From: Octopus vulgaris
Lineage: Eukaryota
Length of the DNA stretch: 64,000 bases
Direction of reading: 5' to 3'
Assembly (NCBI GenBank): GCA_951406725.2
Contig: OX597814.1
Span: 176,204,001-176,268,000 of the forward strand
Below the pieces are notes generated by a model that was given only the letters and a program-made list of their open reading frames with translations, was not told where the DNA came from and made no database searches. Made by a program: the position numbers and the translations under genes. Shown here in pieces: positions 60,815 through 64,000 of the stretch; positions within the stretch are counted from its first letter, which is position 1; every line of letters begins with the position of its first letter.

Positions 60815-61390
60815 AAAAGTGTCGGGTAAAATACTTTACAATAATTAGTAATGGCACATTACGTTCTGAGTTCAAATCTCGCCGAGGTCGCATTTCATCG
60901 CTCCGAGGTCAATAAAATATTTACCAGTCAAATACTGAGATCGATATAATCGACTGTTACCTCTCTGCACAATATGTAGTCCTGTATCTGTGTAAGGAAT
61001 CATAATTGTAAGGACAGTAGAGTTGAAGAATCGGTTGAACGCCTATCAAAATGCTTCATTGTAATTCAAATAAGACTTTGGTCGACTTAGTTTTTCTACT
61101 AAGATCAATTGTACCACTCATCCCCCTCCAGTCGATAAAACAGGCACATTTCCCATGCTAAGATCCAAATTAAGTAATTTCTTCTCCTTTCCTAAAAATC
61201 TGTGGCCTTGTCCTGATAGATGACAGAAATAGTAGTTGAACAAAATACTTTGTATTTAAGAATTCAGCTCAAATCTTTCATCCTACCGGAATCGATAAAA
61301 TGAATTTCAAGAAGTTTGGATTCGATTAAACCATCTTTGAAATTCCCACCACCCAACCTACACCCAAATGTTTTGAATTGTGCCTGCGTT
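60815..61390 (+). mobile_element. Degenerate SINE family B cluster
   Basis: acgttctgagttcaaatctcgccgaggtcg and repeated tcgataaaa motifs. Confidence 0.6.
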
Positions 61391-61711
61391 AGACGTCAGT
61401 CTTTGCATTATCGTATCTCGAGCACAGTAAAATCAAAACTCGATTAACAGTTAAGCCAGTCAAACTGTATTTTCTATCGATAACGCCTTTTCCAAAGGCA
61501 TAGACGACCCACTATCTTAGTCCCATCTCTTATACGTTTGTCGACCTGTTATTTACTTAGAAAACACCATAAACCATAAAACAGTGATGAAATTATGATT
61601 TAGTAGTCCTTAAGTCCTTATCATTCCCTTAAAAACGAGCAATTTATAACGATCTATTGCCTTCTTTTTCTATTCTCGCATGGGTTTATTCCTCTCTCTC
61701 TTTCGCTCTAT

Positions 61712-61756
<45 letters not shown>

Positions 61757-61987
61757 AAACTATCTATCTATCTCTTTATCTCTTTCTTTCTTTCTCCCTC
61801 CTTCTGACTCTATCTCCTTTCTTCTCTTTCTTGATAAAGCTCTTTCACCCTTACTATTTCACCCTGTCTTTCAGTTGCATGTATATTTATCAATTTTCTA
61901 GCCTTTGTTGTCAGTTTATTACAGCTAACTTCGACAACTTGGCTATCTATTTATCTATGTATCTATCTATCTATATATGTATATATA

Positions 61988-62045
<58 letters not shown>

Positions 62046-62123
62046 TATGTATACATACATATACATATATACATATATATGTATATATAATACATATATA
62101 TATATACATATATATATGTATAT

Positions 62124-62194
<71 letters not shown>

Positions 62195-62720
62195 ATAAAA
62201 TTAAATTAGAGATAAAACCACTATTAGGCAAATCAAACAGTGAAAGACATAAACCAAAACATAAAAATAAATATAATTAATATAATATACAAAATAAATA
62301 AAATACAAAATTTAAAATTTGAATTATTTAAATTTATAAATTTTTATACTTTTATATTTTTTAACTTTTAACTTTATAAATTTTTTAACTTTTAATTTTT
62401 TAATTAATTAATTTTTTTATACTATCAAAAAGCATTAAAAAGTTTAATATAATATAAGTATTTTTTAAAAATATAAAAATATAAAAATTTAATAAATATA
62501 AATTTTAAATTTTAAATTTGAATAATTTAAATTTTAAATTTTGTATTTTATTTATTTTGTATATTATATTAATATTTATTTTTATGTTTTGGTTTATGTC
62601 TTTCACTGCTTGATTTGCCTAATAGTGGTTTTATCTCTAATTTAATTTATATTTTTACTGTAAAATTTGATTTAATCCTAAATCTAATTTTTCCCTGCAA
62701 GTTTGGATATACTCCCTAAT
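62195..62720. mobile_element. Long AT-rich fold-back element in (TA)n
   Basis: Arms at about 62195-62345 and 62495-62650 are near-perfect reverse complements (e.g. agagataaaaccactattaggcaaatcaa). The right arm has an unpaired ~70-bp extension. Confidence 0.75.
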
Positions 62721-62805
<85 letters not shown>

Positions 62806-63169
62806 TTATCTACATGTTTGTCTGATTTCATATCTGTGTCTACGTATCAATTTGTCAATCTATCTATTTGGTTATTTGTCTACATGTCTATTTATATGTC
62901 TACTTTTCCTTCATTCTTTAAATCATCAAAGGAGGAATTTTTCTTCAATGAATGCTCTTTAAACATATACACATACACGCCTACACGCACATACGCACAC
63001 ACACACAAACACACACACACACACATACACATACATACATGCATACATATGTATGTATATATATTTGTGTGTGTGTGTGTGTATGTATATATGCATGTAT
63101 GTCTACATGTATACATATATAAACATACAAATATGTGTACATGTTAGTATATATGCTTTTGTGTATTGT

Positions 63170-63200
<31 letters not shown>

Positions 63201-63224
63201 CATCTGTGTTCATATGTGCATGTA

Positions 63225-63435
63225 ATATTCGGCAAAATCGACAATAGCTTTGGACAAAATGCTTTGTGATATTTAGCTATTACTCTGCATTATTTGAGTC
63301 CAAACACCGCCGAGTTCAAGTTTGCCTCTTATCGTACCCCTGTCGATAAAAACAGAGTACCAATCAAGTACTGGAGTCTATTTAATCAGTTGACCCTTTT
63401 CCTCAAATTTTTAGTCTTGTGCCTACGTTAAAAAT
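63225..63435 (+). mobile_element. SINE family B, degenerate
   Basis: gtcgataaaaacagagtaccaatcaagtactggagtc. Confidence 0.6.
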
Positions 63436-64000
63436 TATTTGTAATTCATTATCCTGTTCCAAAAACAAATCAAACTCCCAATCTTCTCTCCCTTACATCA
63501 GAGAGCTCCTCATTTTCCCTCAAAATGAATGTAATCCAAGTTAGTACGATTTTCGCAGTATCATGCATTTTAGGACTGACAGACTGATGCAGTCCTGTAT
63601 AGTACTGTGTCTTATAAAAAGTTAATATTTACCACAGTGTTTTTAGAAGTGTTATCCGATTTTCTAATGCATCATTTATTGCATTCTCCATGTTCTAATG
63701 CAACACTAGATGCATTTCCGTGTTTTCTGTAGACAGAATTGGTTTGCAGTATTCTGAGATTTACTATGTTGTATCTTGCATTGTTTTAGTGTCTGGTCTG
63801 TTGTGTAGAATATGTTACAATATGAACTGTGTTGTTGTTTGGGTGTTATTAGTATTGTATATGTTGCGTACTTGGTTGTTATGTATCTGTGCAGAAACTG
63901 CAGCGTGGTGTATGTTTTAATGGATCGCATCTGTGTAGAGTGCGAGATATATAATTTGCTGGTGTGAAGTGTCGAGCTTCAATTATGTAACGGTAGGAGC

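Noticed and set aside
63640-64000. T/G-skewed segment resembling a retroelement UTR on the minus strand
   Set aside because: Only compositional similarity, and it is cut by the window edge.

Overview
AT-rich, microsatellite-dense eukaryotic DNA. The SINE repertoire suggests an octopod cephalopod (Octopus), which is an inference. There is one credible host gene: a divergent SK/KCNN-family Ca2+-activated K+ channel whose whole CDS sits in one exon (37934-39412, +). The rest is mostly mobile-element debris: five tRNA-head SINE families, a decayed mariner, a non-autonomous Helitron, a young 5'-truncated CR1-type LINE and fold-back elements. The most interesting pattern is that different retroelement groups appear to sort into different microsatellites. 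(1) Four 3' ends of a restriction-like-endonuclease (R4/Dong-type) retrotransposon are stacked head-to-tail in (ATAC)n/(AC)n at 10.8-13.1 kb. (2) Two near-identical Dong-like 3' ends sit inside (TAA)n. (3) Several Penelope-like fold-back inserts in (TA)n carry hammerhead-ribozyme motifs with unusual core variants. (4) The CR1 LINE sits in (TA)n. Most ORFs in the supplied track are microsatellite translations. Family names come from motif recognition by eye; no database search was run.
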